From: Candidatus Latescibacterota bacterium
Lineage (GTDB): Bacteria > Latescibacterota > UBA2968 > UBA8231
NCBI GenBank assembly: GCA_965203175.1
Contig: OZ241867.1
Coordinates: 6,240,001-6,304,000, forward strand
DNA: 64,000 nt
Direction of reading: 5' to 3'
Part shown: positions 9,859 through 18,630 of the stretch, one piece after another
Position numbering within the stretch: the stretch's first letter is position 1
How the letters are laid out: every line of letters begins with the position of its first letter
Program-made: the position numbers and the translations under genes
Notes under the pieces: model-generated
What the model saw: only the letters and a program-made list of their open reading frames with translations
Database searches by the model: none
Told to the model about the DNA's origin: nothing

Positions 9859-10665
9859 ATGTCTGAAGAAGATATCAAACAGCTATCCTCAATGATCGAG
9901 GCGAGAAGGAAAAACGACACTAATTCAAGCTTTTTTTATCACGCATGGGTAGTGCCAGAATACAAGTGCCTGTGCATGACGATACCAAAGGTAGCCTGTA
10001 CGACGGTCAAGACCGTGCTTTATCACTTAGCAGGAAATCCCGTTCCGACGGATGGGAGCGATATACACGATCACGATATCGGGATGTTTTTAGGTCAGTA
10101 CAGCGTTGCTGATATCGTAGAGATCATCTCGTCGCCTGATTGGGTAAGATTCTGTTTTGTGCGCAATCCGTATCATCGGTTGTTTTCGGCTTACAAGTCG
10201 AAGATTGGAAACACGTGGGATACCCAATATGATTGGCTACGAGATGCGATACGAAAGAAGTATGACTACCCCATCCGGGACGGACGTCGGTCAGGTATGG
10301 TAGCCTTCGCTGATTTCGTTCGGTTTCTAGTGGATTCAGATGCAAACGTGCGTTACGAGCTACATCCAGATGCTGTTTTTGACGGTCACTACAATGTTCA
10401 GTCCCGCATTCTGATGCAAGACTTGATTCCGTACGACTTTGTCGGCCGCTTTGAAAAGCTGGAAGGTGGATTACGACAGATCTTGACACACCTAGGTGCA
10501 CCCGAGGAAACCATCGCGCTTTCCTCTGAAGTTCGCAACCCAACGATCAAAGTACCACTTGCTACGGCCTATAGTAGTGAGTTAGCAGATCTTGCCTATG
10601 AACTCTACAGAGAAGACTTCGAGGCTTTTAGCTATGATAGGGATAGCTGGCTGTTTGATTCATGA
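9859..10665 (+). CDS. Sulfotransferase (Sulfotransfer_2 family)
   Basis: 5'-PSB TIPKVACTT, 3'-PB FVRNPYHRLFSAY, YDFVGRFE, and C-terminal YREDFEAFSY. Confidence 0.85.
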   Translation: MSEEDIKQLSSMIEARRKNDTNSSFFYHAWVVPEYKCLCMTIPKVACTTVKTVLYHLAGNPVPTDGSDIHDHDIGMFLGQYSVADIVEIISSPDWVRFCFVRNPYHRLFSAYKSKIGNTWDTQYDWLRDAIRKKYDYPIRDGRRSGMVAFADFVRFLVDSDANVRYELHPDAVFDGHYNVQSRILMQDLIPYDFVGRFEKLEGGLRQILTHLGAPEETIALSSEVRNPTIKVPLATAYSSELADLAYELYREDFEAFSYDRDSWLFDS

Positions 10666-10733
10666 AGCCATACAACTGACGAACAGCAGGAGAATCGGAT
10701 TCTGACTTCTTGCGTGGATCAGAGCGCAACGCC

Positions 10734-10820
10734 ACATAACAGCAGCACTTGTGGCCTGGGGCCGACGCCCTTCGACCGAACTTGCCTCCGGCAAATTCAC
10801 AAGTGCGCGACCCGTTATAT
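10734..10820 (+). mobile_element. Intact attC-like recombination site (87 bp)
   Basis: R'' ACATAAC (10734-40), perfect inner arms GCACTTGTG/CACAAGTGC, R' GTTATAT (10814-20). Lies between two co-oriented genes. Confidence 0.75.
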
Positions 10821-10857
10821 GCAATTATTTTGGTAATCCTATATAGCGAGACTCGAA

Positions 10858-11469
10858 ATGATCTGTTCAAATTGCGGTTATTCATCGCGCCACCAAGAGA
10901 TTGTTGGAGAGAATTCCACAGTAGTCTGCCCCTCATGCAAGCTAGAGAATGGGGTATTTCACCTCCCTCTCTTTGTAGTGACAGGAGGCGGTGGATCTGG
11001 AAAATCCACCGTGGCGTGTGGGCTGAGAGGTCGGCTTGATACGTGTTTGGTGCTTGAAGCAGATCTTTTCTACCCAATTCAAGAGAGCACCAAGTCCAAT
11101 GATGACTATTGGAGCTACTTGATCTTTCTCTGCCGAGAGCTCATGCAGAACGGAAAGCCGGTGGTTCTTTTTGGCTGGGTGAATCCACGGCAGTGCGAAG
11201 CAAGTGAAGACATCGGCTACTTTTCATCTGTACACTACTTGGTGCTCGTCTCTGACAAGCACACACAAGAGGCTCGAATTCGAGGTCGATATCCCACATC
11301 AAGAGAGGAACCTCCAACAGACGAATTCATCGCGATGGCACTAGAGGCTACTCAAATCCTGAGAGATGAGGCTGACGAGAGGAGCCGAGTGACTATATTG
11401 GATACTACCGGTATGAGCGTCGATGACACGCTGGCAGAGACCGCTTCTTGGATCTCAGCCAGCCTCTAA
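10858..11469 (+). CDS. P-loop kinase (AAA_33-like) with N-terminal zinc ribbon
   Basis: CSNC...CPSC, Walker A GGGGSGKST, C-terminal LDTT. Confidence 0.8.
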   Translation: MICSNCGYSSRHQEIVGENSTVVCPSCKLENGVFHLPLFVVTGGGGSGKSTVACGLRGRLDTCLVLEADLFYPIQESTKSNDDYWSYLIFLCRELMQNGKPVVLFGWVNPRQCEASEDIGYFSSVHYLVLVSDKHTQEARIRGRYPTSREEPPTDEFIAMALEATQILRDEADERSRVTILDTTGMSVDDTLAETASWISASL

Positions 11470-11568
11470 TCTGCGCAAATTCCTTTCATTCTGGATATAT
11501 CGCGTTTCCGCTATTCAATTATTGATTGGATTAGCGACAAGGTGACGTCTGAATTGGAACTCCCCTAG

Positions 11569-12477
11569 ATGCAGTATGAGATCTACTTCCGCACCAGCCG
11601 TGGAGGAATTGGCATTCCGTACGAGCTGGCGAAGACGGAGTTCTTGGCCGTCTACCACCGGTTTGGTCTAGAACTCAAGAAGGACCTGCGGGCACGGCAT
11701 CGGATGTCGATCGAACTGCCACTCATTCCCGATCAAGTCGCAGCACTCGCAGGCGACCTCGGGTTTACTGAAGCAATCGTCGGCCAACACTACGAGCCCT
11801 TCCGTGGAGAGGAGATCTCTGCCGTTCGGAGTGGACGGTGGCTTCTTGGTTGGATTCGCCTTGGTGACTACAAGGTGCACCAGACAGAGGTTTACGTTCA
11901 AGACAAGCAAGCGCTACTGGAGGATGCCCCGAGCAACCGCCAGTTCGAGATCGTCCAGAATGGAGACAGGCGTGTTGTGTCAGGACAGAACTGGCATCGA
12001 GCCGTGTCTATTCTAGATGCCCGGTTTCTGTACAACATTGCTGATCCAAAACCAACGGATGTCGTCTTGGATCCATTTGCCGGATTTGGCGGGCTCGCCC
12101 TTGAAGGGAGACGTCGGGGACTCACAGTCTTCGCATCCGACATCGATGATAGCCTGTCTCCAGGTCTCTCAGTGAACTTTCCGAACTCGTATGTAGTTGC
12201 CGATGCCAGCCATCTGCCAATACGAACCGACCACTTCGATCTGATCGTCACAGAACCGCCCTTCCGGAGTTCCTGCCGTCAGGCCGTCATGGACTCGTTG
12301 CCTGAGCTGTTGCGCGTCGTGAAGCACACGGGACAACTCATTCTACTAATTGCCATGGATATGTGCGATAGGATTCATGGGCAGTTCGAGCAGATGGGAG
12401 CGAAAGTCGATGTCGTCGGTATCATGCCCCGCGGAGCTCGACGGAAGTGTCCAGTATTGAAGATCACTCTCGGCTGA
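11569..12477 (+). CDS. SAM-dependent methyltransferase (Trm11/N2-N6-like)
   Basis: VLDPFAGFGG motif I and DLIVTEPPF motif IV. Confidence 0.8.
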   Translation: MQYEIYFRTSRGGIGIPYELAKTEFLAVYHRFGLELKKDLRARHRMSIELPLIPDQVAALAGDLGFTEAIVGQHYEPFRGEEISAVRSGRWLLGWIRLGDYKVHQTEVYVQDKQALLEDAPSNRQFEIVQNGDRRVVSGQNWHRAVSILDARFLYNIADPKPTDVVLDPFAGFGGLALEGRRRGLTVFASDIDDSLSPGLSVNFPNSYVVADASHLPIRTDHFDLIVTEPPFRSSCRQAVMDSLPELLRVVKHTGQLILLIAMDMCDRIHGQFEQMGAKVDVVGIMPRGARRKCPVLKITLG

Positions 12478-12700
12478 ATGATCCCGTTGCGGGTGGGATC
12501 GCGATGAGTAAACCAACCTAAAGTGAAGGGAAACATCAGATGCCTACACGCCACATCGAAGCAGTTACGATCAACCAAGACACATCTTGTTTCGTTGAGC
12601 TTTTGCGGAGGCGGAAAAGTGTACGACACGATGGGGCTGGCGACCCAAGTCATGAAGACTCATGGTCTCTAATTGGTACCAAGATTGGAACTGACACACC

Positions 12701-13675
12701 ATGGAACAGACCAGAATCGGCCTGATCGGAGTGGGACGTTTCTGTCCTAATTATCACATTCCGAATCTCATCCAGCGGAGGGACGTGGAGATCACAGCAG
12801 TCTGTGACATCTCGCAGGATCGTCTGGACAACCTGCCGGAGAGTCTGTGCGCAAGCCAGACCAGTCGGGATTACCGCGACCTGCTTGACCCCAATCTCGT
12901 GGACGGTGTCGTCGTCAGCACCCCAAATCAATATCACTATGAACAATGTAAGCTCGCGCTGGAAAGGCGCATACCCGTTCTCGTCGACAAGCCGACGACA
13001 GTCACAGTAGCACACGCCAAAGAATTGACCACTCTCAGCCAGTCACAAGAATGTCTATTAATGACAGCTTTCACGCGGCGTTTCATGGCGAGCACAGAGT
13101 ATGTACGCAGCCAGTTAGCCTCTAGTTCCGATGATATTCAGTACATGACGGCGGTTCAGCGCAGAGCCGGCGGTAACCTAGCAGACGGCGGTATGCTGCA
13201 TACGCGGACGGTACATATCCTTGATGTACTGCCCTGGCTCGTCGGACAGCGTATCGTGGCCGTCGCTGGGACCGTCGCCTATGAAGAGGCAGGTGGAGTT
13301 GAGGATTTTGTCGACGTGCGGCTGGATTTTTCTGGCGGATTGTGCGCGCACCTGCTGTGTATCAAAAACTGTGACGAATACGAGGATGAGGTCACGGTTT
13401 ACAGCGCACGAAAGAGCTTCCGCCTTGAACGCGACCTGCTTTTCACAATGGCGCAGCCCTCTGGATGGGAACCTGTCGACCCCCCCCCTCACCAAGGATC
13501 GTTGACGGGTTACTTCGTCGATGTGATCCAGGGGGAGAAGGTCATCGAGAGCGCGCCCGGTGTGGACCCGCACAGCCGCGACGGACTACAGGCTCTAAGA
13601 GTGGTCGAGGCGATTCACGAGGCAGGAAGGACCGGCAGGTTGGTTGCCGTACCTCTGTCGGAGAGCTCGAAATGA
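12701..13675 (+). CDS. Gfo/Idh/MocA family oxidoreductase
   Basis: IGLIGVG, VSTPNQYH, VLVDKP, and GGML...HILD. Confidence 0.9.
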   Translation: MEQTRIGLIGVGRFCPNYHIPNLIQRRDVEITAVCDISQDRLDNLPESLCASQTSRDYRDLLDPNLVDGVVVSTPNQYHYEQCKLALERRIPVLVDKPTTVTVAHAKELTTLSQSQECLLMTAFTRRFMASTEYVRSQLASSSDDIQYMTAVQRRAGGNLADGGMLHTRTVHILDVLPWLVGQRIVAVAGTVAYEEAGGVEDFVDVRLDFSGGLCAHLLCIKNCDEYEDEVTVYSARKSFRLERDLLFTMAQPSGWEPVDPPPHQGSLTGYFVDVIQGEKVIESAPGVDPHSRDGLQALRVVEAIHEAGRTGRLVAVPLSESSK

Positions 13676-13797
13676 ATAAAACAGCCCAAAGATCGCGTTA
13701 AGGTGAGGGGGCTGCGTTGCGGCCGATTTCTGGTTTTGGGCGGTTTAAAGAGACCCTACATCCCCAGACAAGGTTTACAAAGCCGCGAGACATTAAT

Positions 13798-14847
13798 TCA
13801 GACGAGCGTCAAGTCGGCCCGATGGCCCTCTTCGAGAAAGGCGGTCAGCAGATCCACGGCTGCTTGCAAGTCGCCTTTGTCAACCAGCTCGACCGAAGTG
13901 TGAATGTAGCGCGTCGGCACTGAAATCGTCGCCACCGGCACACCGGACCGCACCCTTTGCATGGCCCCAGCGTCCGTGCCGCCGAGAGGGAGGATTTCCA
14001 ATTGGCACTTGATTTTTCTCTTCTTCGCCAGCCCTCTGAGTTGGGCCACCAAGCCCGGATGCGAGATCGCCGACGAGTCCAGCAGTTTGATCGCCGCACC
14101 CTGTCCCAGGCGCGTTACCTGCTCGTGCTCGGCTATCCCCGGAATATCGGCCGCCAGCGTCACGTCGAGAGCCACCCCTAGGTCTGGCTCAACTCCAAAC
14201 GCGCTTACTTGCGCACCCCGCAAGCCGACCTCCTCCTGCACGGTGGCCACCGCATAGGTCTCGCAACCAAAGGTCTTGGCCTGCTGCATGGCGCGGATCA
14301 TCACGTAGAGTGCGACGCGGTCGTCCATGGCCTTGCAAGAAACCCCGTCGCCGATCTCAGCGAAATCCCGCTGCAACGTCACCATCGCGCCAAGCTCGAC
14401 CTCGCGCCTGACTTTGGCTGGCGACAGGTAGAGATCGACGATAAAGTCGCTGATGGCCAGCTTGGCGTTGCGGTCGGCCTCCGTCTGGATGTGCGGCGGT
14501 TTGATACCTGGGTAGAGCAGGCCCGGCAGATCGCGCTTCTTGCCCCTGACGACGACCCTTTGGGCCACCATATTGCGCGGGTCGTGCCCGCCTAGGGGCA
14601 CTAGGCGCAAAAGGCCCCGCTCGTCGATGTGCGAAACCACGAAACCGATCTCGTCCATGTGCGCGGCGATCATCAGCTTCTTGGCCTTTTTTCCCTTGCT
14701 CGCCTTCTTCACGGCGATCAGATTGCCCAAGGCATCCACCCGCATCTCGTCGGTCAGGGGCGCAAGCTCCCGCCGCACGATCTCGCGCAGCCGATCCTCC
14801 CGGCCGGGAACCCCCGCGCTTTCACATAGCTCTTTGAGCAGCTTCAC
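13798..14847 (-). CDS. M42 family metallopeptidase
   Basis: AAHMDEIG, KAMDDR, VQEEVGLRGA, GGTDA, RYIH. GTG start at 14847 follows a GGAG RBS. Confidence 0.92.
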   Translation of the reverse strand: MKLLKELCESAGVPGREDRLREIVRRELAPLTDEMRVDALGNLIAVKKASKGKKAKKLMIAAHMDEIGFVVSHIDERGLLRLVPLGGHDPRNMVAQRVVVRGKKRDLPGLLYPGIKPPHIQTEADRNAKLAISDFIVDLYLSPAKVRREVELGAMVTLQRDFAEIGDGVSCKAMDDRVALYVMIRAMQQAKTFGCETYAVATVQEEVGLRGAQVSAFGVEPDLGVALDVTLAADIPGIAEHEQVTRLGQGAAIKLLDSSAISHPGLVAQLRGLAKKRKIKCQLEILPLGGTDAGAMQRVRSGVPVATISVPTRYIHTSVELVDKGDLQAAVDLLTAFLEEGHRADLTLV

Positions 14848-14863
14848 TTGGTACTCCTTATAA

Positions 14864-15415
14864 TCAGGGCTTGACGAGTCTGAAGGACGAAAAAAATCGC
14901 TCGATATCCGAGGTGTCGTCAAACGCGTAGGGTGCTCCGACCGCCATCAAGCTGTAGAGCCGCTGGCCCACCTGTAGGCTCTGCAACCGCAACAGGCTTT
15001 CGTCGGCAGCTTGTATCTGCGTCTGCCGTGTGGGATGCCCGTCCATCTCAACGGCGGTCTCTGACAGGATTGTTCCCTCCACCTTCTGCAAGATGGCATC
15101 TCGACGCGCAGCAATCGCACTATCAGCTTGGACGGCCTCGGGCACATCCCCGTAGGCAATGGCGTATTGCACGTCGGCGCGCTCAAACATCAGGTATTGG
15201 AACTCTACCTCGCCAAAGGACAACGGCTCGCGCAGCTTGCGCAGATTGGGCCGGCCGGCCGTCTGCACTGTGAAGGCCCCCGGCTCATAGGTTCGCTCCT
15301 CCCATTCCGGCGCGCCGCGCACCCAATTGACGACATTGTAGGCGGCAATAGCCCCTAGGACGACGAAGAAGAGCTTGACGGACAATAGGTCCGTTTTTTT
15401 AGGCGCTTGGCCCAT
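14864..15415 (-). CDS. Membrane-anchored hypothetical protein (PsbP/Mog1-like fold possible)
   Basis: N-terminal TM helix, C-terminal ERFFSSFRL, operon-like spacing. Confidence 0.6.
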   Translation of the reverse strand: MGQAPKKTDLLSVKLFFVVLGAIAAYNVVNWVRGAPEWEERTYEPGAFTVQTAGRPNLRKLREPLSFGEVEFQYLMFERADVQYAIAYGDVPEAVQADSAIAARRDAILQKVEGTILSETAVEMDGHPTRQTQIQAADESLLRLQSLQVGQRLYSLMAVGAPYAFDDTSDIERFFSSFRLVKP

Positions 15416-15419
15416 TAGC

Positions 15420-16238
15420 TCAGGCCAGCCCCAACTTCTCTTCGGCGCTGTCTACGGGGATATAGCCCAAGACCTGGCGCGGATGGTCGATATCGACCCA
15501 GCGCCAGCGATTGTTGGACACTCCGTAAAAAATATCAAAGCGCAAGTCCGCGGGAGCTTCTATTGCGCGCTGCACGAGTTGCACTACGTCGCGCTGGCTG
15601 CACCAGATGGGGGCCCCCCGCTCGTCGCGCGGGTGGTCCTCGGCATTGACCCAGCCGATGCGCAGGCAGGGCACCGACATATTGTGTACGTCGGCGTAGT
15701 AGCGCGCTAGTGCTTCGCCCCAAATCTTGGTCGCCGGATAGAGGCCGGTCGGCCGATGCGGCCATTCGTGCGTCACGATCTGTACCTGACCGGTATCGAT
15801 CGCGTCAAAGCGCCCTTCGGAGATGGCCTTGTACGGGTCCTCCTGCTGGTAGCCCCAAGACACCATGATCGAGCTGGCGAAGACCACGCGCCCGACGCCA
15901 GCACGGCGCGCAGTCTCCAGCACATTGCGCGGCCCGACGATATTGCTGCCAAGCAGGCTCTCCCAACTAGCATCCGGCCGCGGGTCGGCCGCCAGTTGCA
16001 CGACCACGTCCATACCCTCGACGGCCTTTGCTATCGCGTTGTAGTCGGTCAGGTCTGCGAGGATGAATTTCTCTTCGGAAATTCCCAAATCTGCGTCTTT
16101 GGGTGTCCGCTCCGAAAGCTGGGACCGCCGCGCCAAGCCATAGAGGTCATAGCGATCAGGTTGGGTGCGCAAATGCCGATACACAGCTCCGGCGATCAAT
16201 CCGCAAACGCCGGTAATTAAGACTTTCTTGGGGGCCAT
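15420..16238 (-). CDS. NAD-dependent epimerase/dehydratase (uronate dehydrogenase-like)
   Basis: ITGVCGLIA, VFASS, YPATK, LRIG. Confidence 0.85.
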   Translation of the reverse strand: MAPKKVLITGVCGLIAGAVYRHLRTQPDRYDLYGLARRSQLSERTPKDADLGISEEKFILADLTDYNAIAKAVEGMDVVVQLAADPRPDASWESLLGSNIVGPRNVLETARRAGVGRVVFASSIMVSWGYQQEDPYKAISEGRFDAIDTGQVQIVTHEWPHRPTGLYPATKIWGEALARYYADVHNMSVPCLRIGWVNAEDHPRDERGAPIWCSQRDVVQLVQRAIEAPADLRFDIFYGVSNNRWRWVDIDHPRQVLGYIPVDSAEEKLGLA

Positions 16239-16258
16239 GGCTCCTCTTCTCCTCTATA

Positions 16259-16804
16259 TCATCCAATGGCGGCGATGTGGCGCAGGGCGCGGTAGCGCTG
16301 GTCGCAATCCATGCCGTAGCCAACGACGAACGTGTCTGCAATTTCAAAACCACAGTAATCTATCGGCACTGGAAACTCCCTGCGGGCAGATTTGTTGAGC
16401 AACGTACACGCTCTGAGCGAAAGAGGTCGCCGCGACTCTATCATGGTCATCACAAAATCTAGAGATCGGCCGGTATCGACAATGCCATCGACGACGAGTA
16501 CGTCCCGTCCGGTCACGGCGACAACGAGGTCTTTGGTCAGCTCGATCCGACCGGTGTTTTCCGTGCCCTGATAGCTCGAAACACCGACGAAGTCGTAGTC
16601 CAACCGCGCCAACAGCTCCTCAGGCAAGCGGTCCATCAGGGCCATCATAAACTGTACGGCTCCGTTGAGGAGGCCGATAAATAAGGGGGCTGACCCAGCG
16701 TAGTCATCGGCTATCATCCGAGCCAACTCGCCGATGCGCTGCTCCACTTGCTGGCGCTCAATTAGCACTCTTAAGGCGGGAGTGTCCAACGGACTGCGAG
16801 GCAT
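16259..16804 (-). CDS. hpt: Hypoxanthine phosphoribosyltransferase
   Basis: VSSY, VLVVDGIVDTGRSL PRPP loop, FVVGYGMD...YRAL. Confidence 0.9.
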   Translation of the reverse strand: MPRSPLDTPALRVLIERQQVEQRIGELARMIADDYAGSAPLFIGLLNGAVQFMMALMDRLPEELLARLDYDFVGVSSYQGTENTGRIELTKDLVVAVTGRDVLVVDGIVDTGRSLDFVMTMIESRRPLSLRACTLLNKSARREFPVPIDYCGFEIADTFVVGYGMDCDQRYRALRHIAAIG

Positions 16805-16811
16805 GCCCTTG

Positions 16812-16841
16812 ATTATACGGCTTATGGGCTATTCTTTGCAA
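16812..16841 (-). promoter_or_regulatory. Sigma70 promoter for hpt, probably leaderless
   Basis: TTGCAA-18-TATAAT with the ATG 7 nt after the -10 and no SD. Confidence 0.6.
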
Positions 16842-16844
16842 ACG

Positions 16845-16874
16845 AAAGGCGCCGGAGCAAAAACTCCGACGCCC
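16845..16874 (-). terminator. Probable intrinsic terminator after recA and the small ORF
   Basis: GGCGTCGGAG/CTCCGGCGCC stem followed by TTTCGTTT on the minus strand. Confidence 0.5.
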
Positions 16875-16914
16875 ATGTTGGCCCACCCTAAAGGCGGGCT
16901 GTGTCGCGGCTTGG

Positions 16915-17178
16915 TCAGGCAGCTTGACGGGTGTTGTGCAGCACTTCCCGTTTCCGGTCTAAGAGCGCCTCGGCGGGGATGCTGGGTTGCTCGGGCACCT
17001 TCAGGGCTGCCGCCGCAGCCAAGGCACTCAGTTCGTCGACGCTGGACAGGTCGAGCTCGCCGCGCTGATAGGCGGCATCGATGTGCTCGCACAACAACTC
17101 TAAGTCGGCCCAAGATCGGGCTTGCCCAATACGCGCCTGCAAGGGGATGGCCGCGGGGCTTAGTCTGGCAGTCTGCAT
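16915..17178 (-). CDS. Small hypothetical protein downstream of recA
   Basis: Strong SD AAGGAGGT ahead of the ATG; 87 aa, predicted helical. Confidence 0.7.
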   Translation of the reverse strand: MQTARLSPAAIPLQARIGQARSWADLELLCEHIDAAYQRGELDLSSVDELSALAAAAALKVPEQPSIPAEALLDRKREVLHNTRQAA

Positions 17179-17290
17179 AATTACCTCCTTGGGGGAGTTA
17201 AGGAGTACGCGCGGGTGCGAGGCGCTCCGGCCGCCTTGGCGTGGGGGCTCCAGAGCAGCCTTGGCACCTCGACCCGCGAGAGCGCAGAGG

Positions 17291-18373
17291 CTAAGCCAGT
17301 TCGGCCTCTGCTTCTTCGTGTTCAGGCACTTCTGCGACCTGCATGTTGAGGGCTTGGCGCACCTCGGTCTCTAGGCGCGTGCGGACCTCGTAGTTGTCGC
17401 GGAGGAAGATGCGCGCGTTCTCGCGCCCCTGACCCAGCCGCTCGTCGCCGTAGGAAAACCAAGTGCCGCTTTTGGCGACGAAACCGCTGTCAACGCCCAA
17501 GTCGAGCAGATCACCCTCGTGCGATATGCCTACGTCGTCGCCGCGGAACATGATGTCGAACTCGGCCTCGCGGAAGGGCGGGGCGACCTTGTTCTTGACG
17601 ACCTTGACGCGGGTGCGCCGGCCGATGATCTCGTCGCCGTCCTTGATCGCGCCAATGCCGCGGATGTCGAGGCGAACCGAGGAATAGAAGTTTAGGGCGC
17701 GACCGCCGGTGGTGGTCTCGGGGCTGCCAAACATCACGCCGATTTTCATCCGCAACTGGTTGATAAAAATCACCGTGGTCCCGGACTTCTGCGACGATCC
17801 GGTGAGCTTGCGCAGGGCTTGGGACATCAGCCGCGCTTGCAAGCCTACATGGGAGTCTCCCATATCGCCTTCGAGCTCGGCCTTGGGCACGAGCGCAGCT
17901 ACCGAATCGATCACCACGAGGTCGAGGGCACCGCTGCGCACCAGCGTATCCGTGATCTCTAGGGCTTCTTCGCCCGAATCCGGCTGCGAGACGAGCAAAT
18001 TGTCGATATCAACGCCCAGCCGACGGGCAAAATTCACGTCGAGCGCGTGTTCGGCGTCGATGAAAGCCGCGGTGCCGGTCTTTTGCGCCTGGGAGACGAT
18101 GTGCAATGCCAGCATGGTCTTACCCGCGGCTTCAGGCCCGAAAAGCTCGATGACTCGACCCCTGGGCACCCCGCCGACCCCAAGGGCCGCGTCTAGTGAA
18201 ATGGCACCCGTGGAAATGACGTCGACGTCCATTGCAGCTGACTCACCTAACCGCATGATGGCCCCTTTGCCAAACTGCCGTTCGATCTGAGCGAGCGCCA
18301 AGCCGATCGCCTTGTCCTTGTCCTCGCCCAAGGGCTTGCCGTTAGCACTGGCCCTGTCTTTGCCTGCTATCAT
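17291..18373 (-). CDS. recA: Recombinase A
   Basis: [37 protein letters not shown]. Confidence 0.99.
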   Translation of the reverse strand: MIAGKDRASANGKPLGEDKDKAIGLALAQIERQFGKGAIMRLGESAAMDVDVISTGAISLDAALGVGGVPRGRVIELFGPEAAGKTMLALHIVSQAQKTGTAAFIDAEHALDVNFARRLGVDIDNLLVSQPDSGEEALEITDTLVRSGALDLVVIDSVAALVPKAELEGDMGDSHVGLQARLMSQALRKLTGSSQKSGTTVIFINQLRMKIGVMFGSPETTTGGRALNFYSSVRLDIRGIGAIKDGDEIIGRRTRVKVVKNKVAPPFREAEFDIMFRGDDVGISHEGDLLDLGVDSGFVAKSGTWFSYGDERLGQGRENARIFLRDNYEVRTRLETEVRQALNMQVAEVPEHEEAEAELA

Positions 18374-18417
18374 GATTTCCTCCTCGCGCGTTCTATAGAG
18401 ACGTTCATTAACACCGC

Positions 18418-18458
18418 CACCTGAACAAAAAAATAGTGAATCAATGTTCAGGTGTCAA
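18418..18458 (-). promoter_or_regulatory. recA sigma70 promoter with overlapping LexA-type box
   Basis: TTGACA-17-TATTTT. TGAATCAATGTTCA (18437-18450) resembles GAAC-N4-GTTC. 10-bp inverted repeat CACCTGAACA/TGTTCAGGTG. Confidence 0.75.
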
Positions 18459-18630
18459 GCATTTTTTAATTGAAGCGGATTAAGCTGCCTTACCCGTTTA
18501 TAACAAATGCCGTGCCAAGCGGAAAGAATCTGCACAATTTATTGTTTAATAATAGGTTAGAAGAGCGAAAGGGATACTGCGAAAAGCAGAAATTGGCAAC
18601 TGCGGGAAACAGCTCTGTGAAGAAAAGGGG

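Noticed and set aside
12540-12725. 61-aa ORF before the oxidoreductase
   Set aside because: No recognisable motif and it overlaps the next gene's start. It may be a fragment but is unsupported.
17210-17278. SRP RNA or 6S RNA
   Set aside because: No SRP GGAA tetraloop/AGCAG motif, and too short for 6S.
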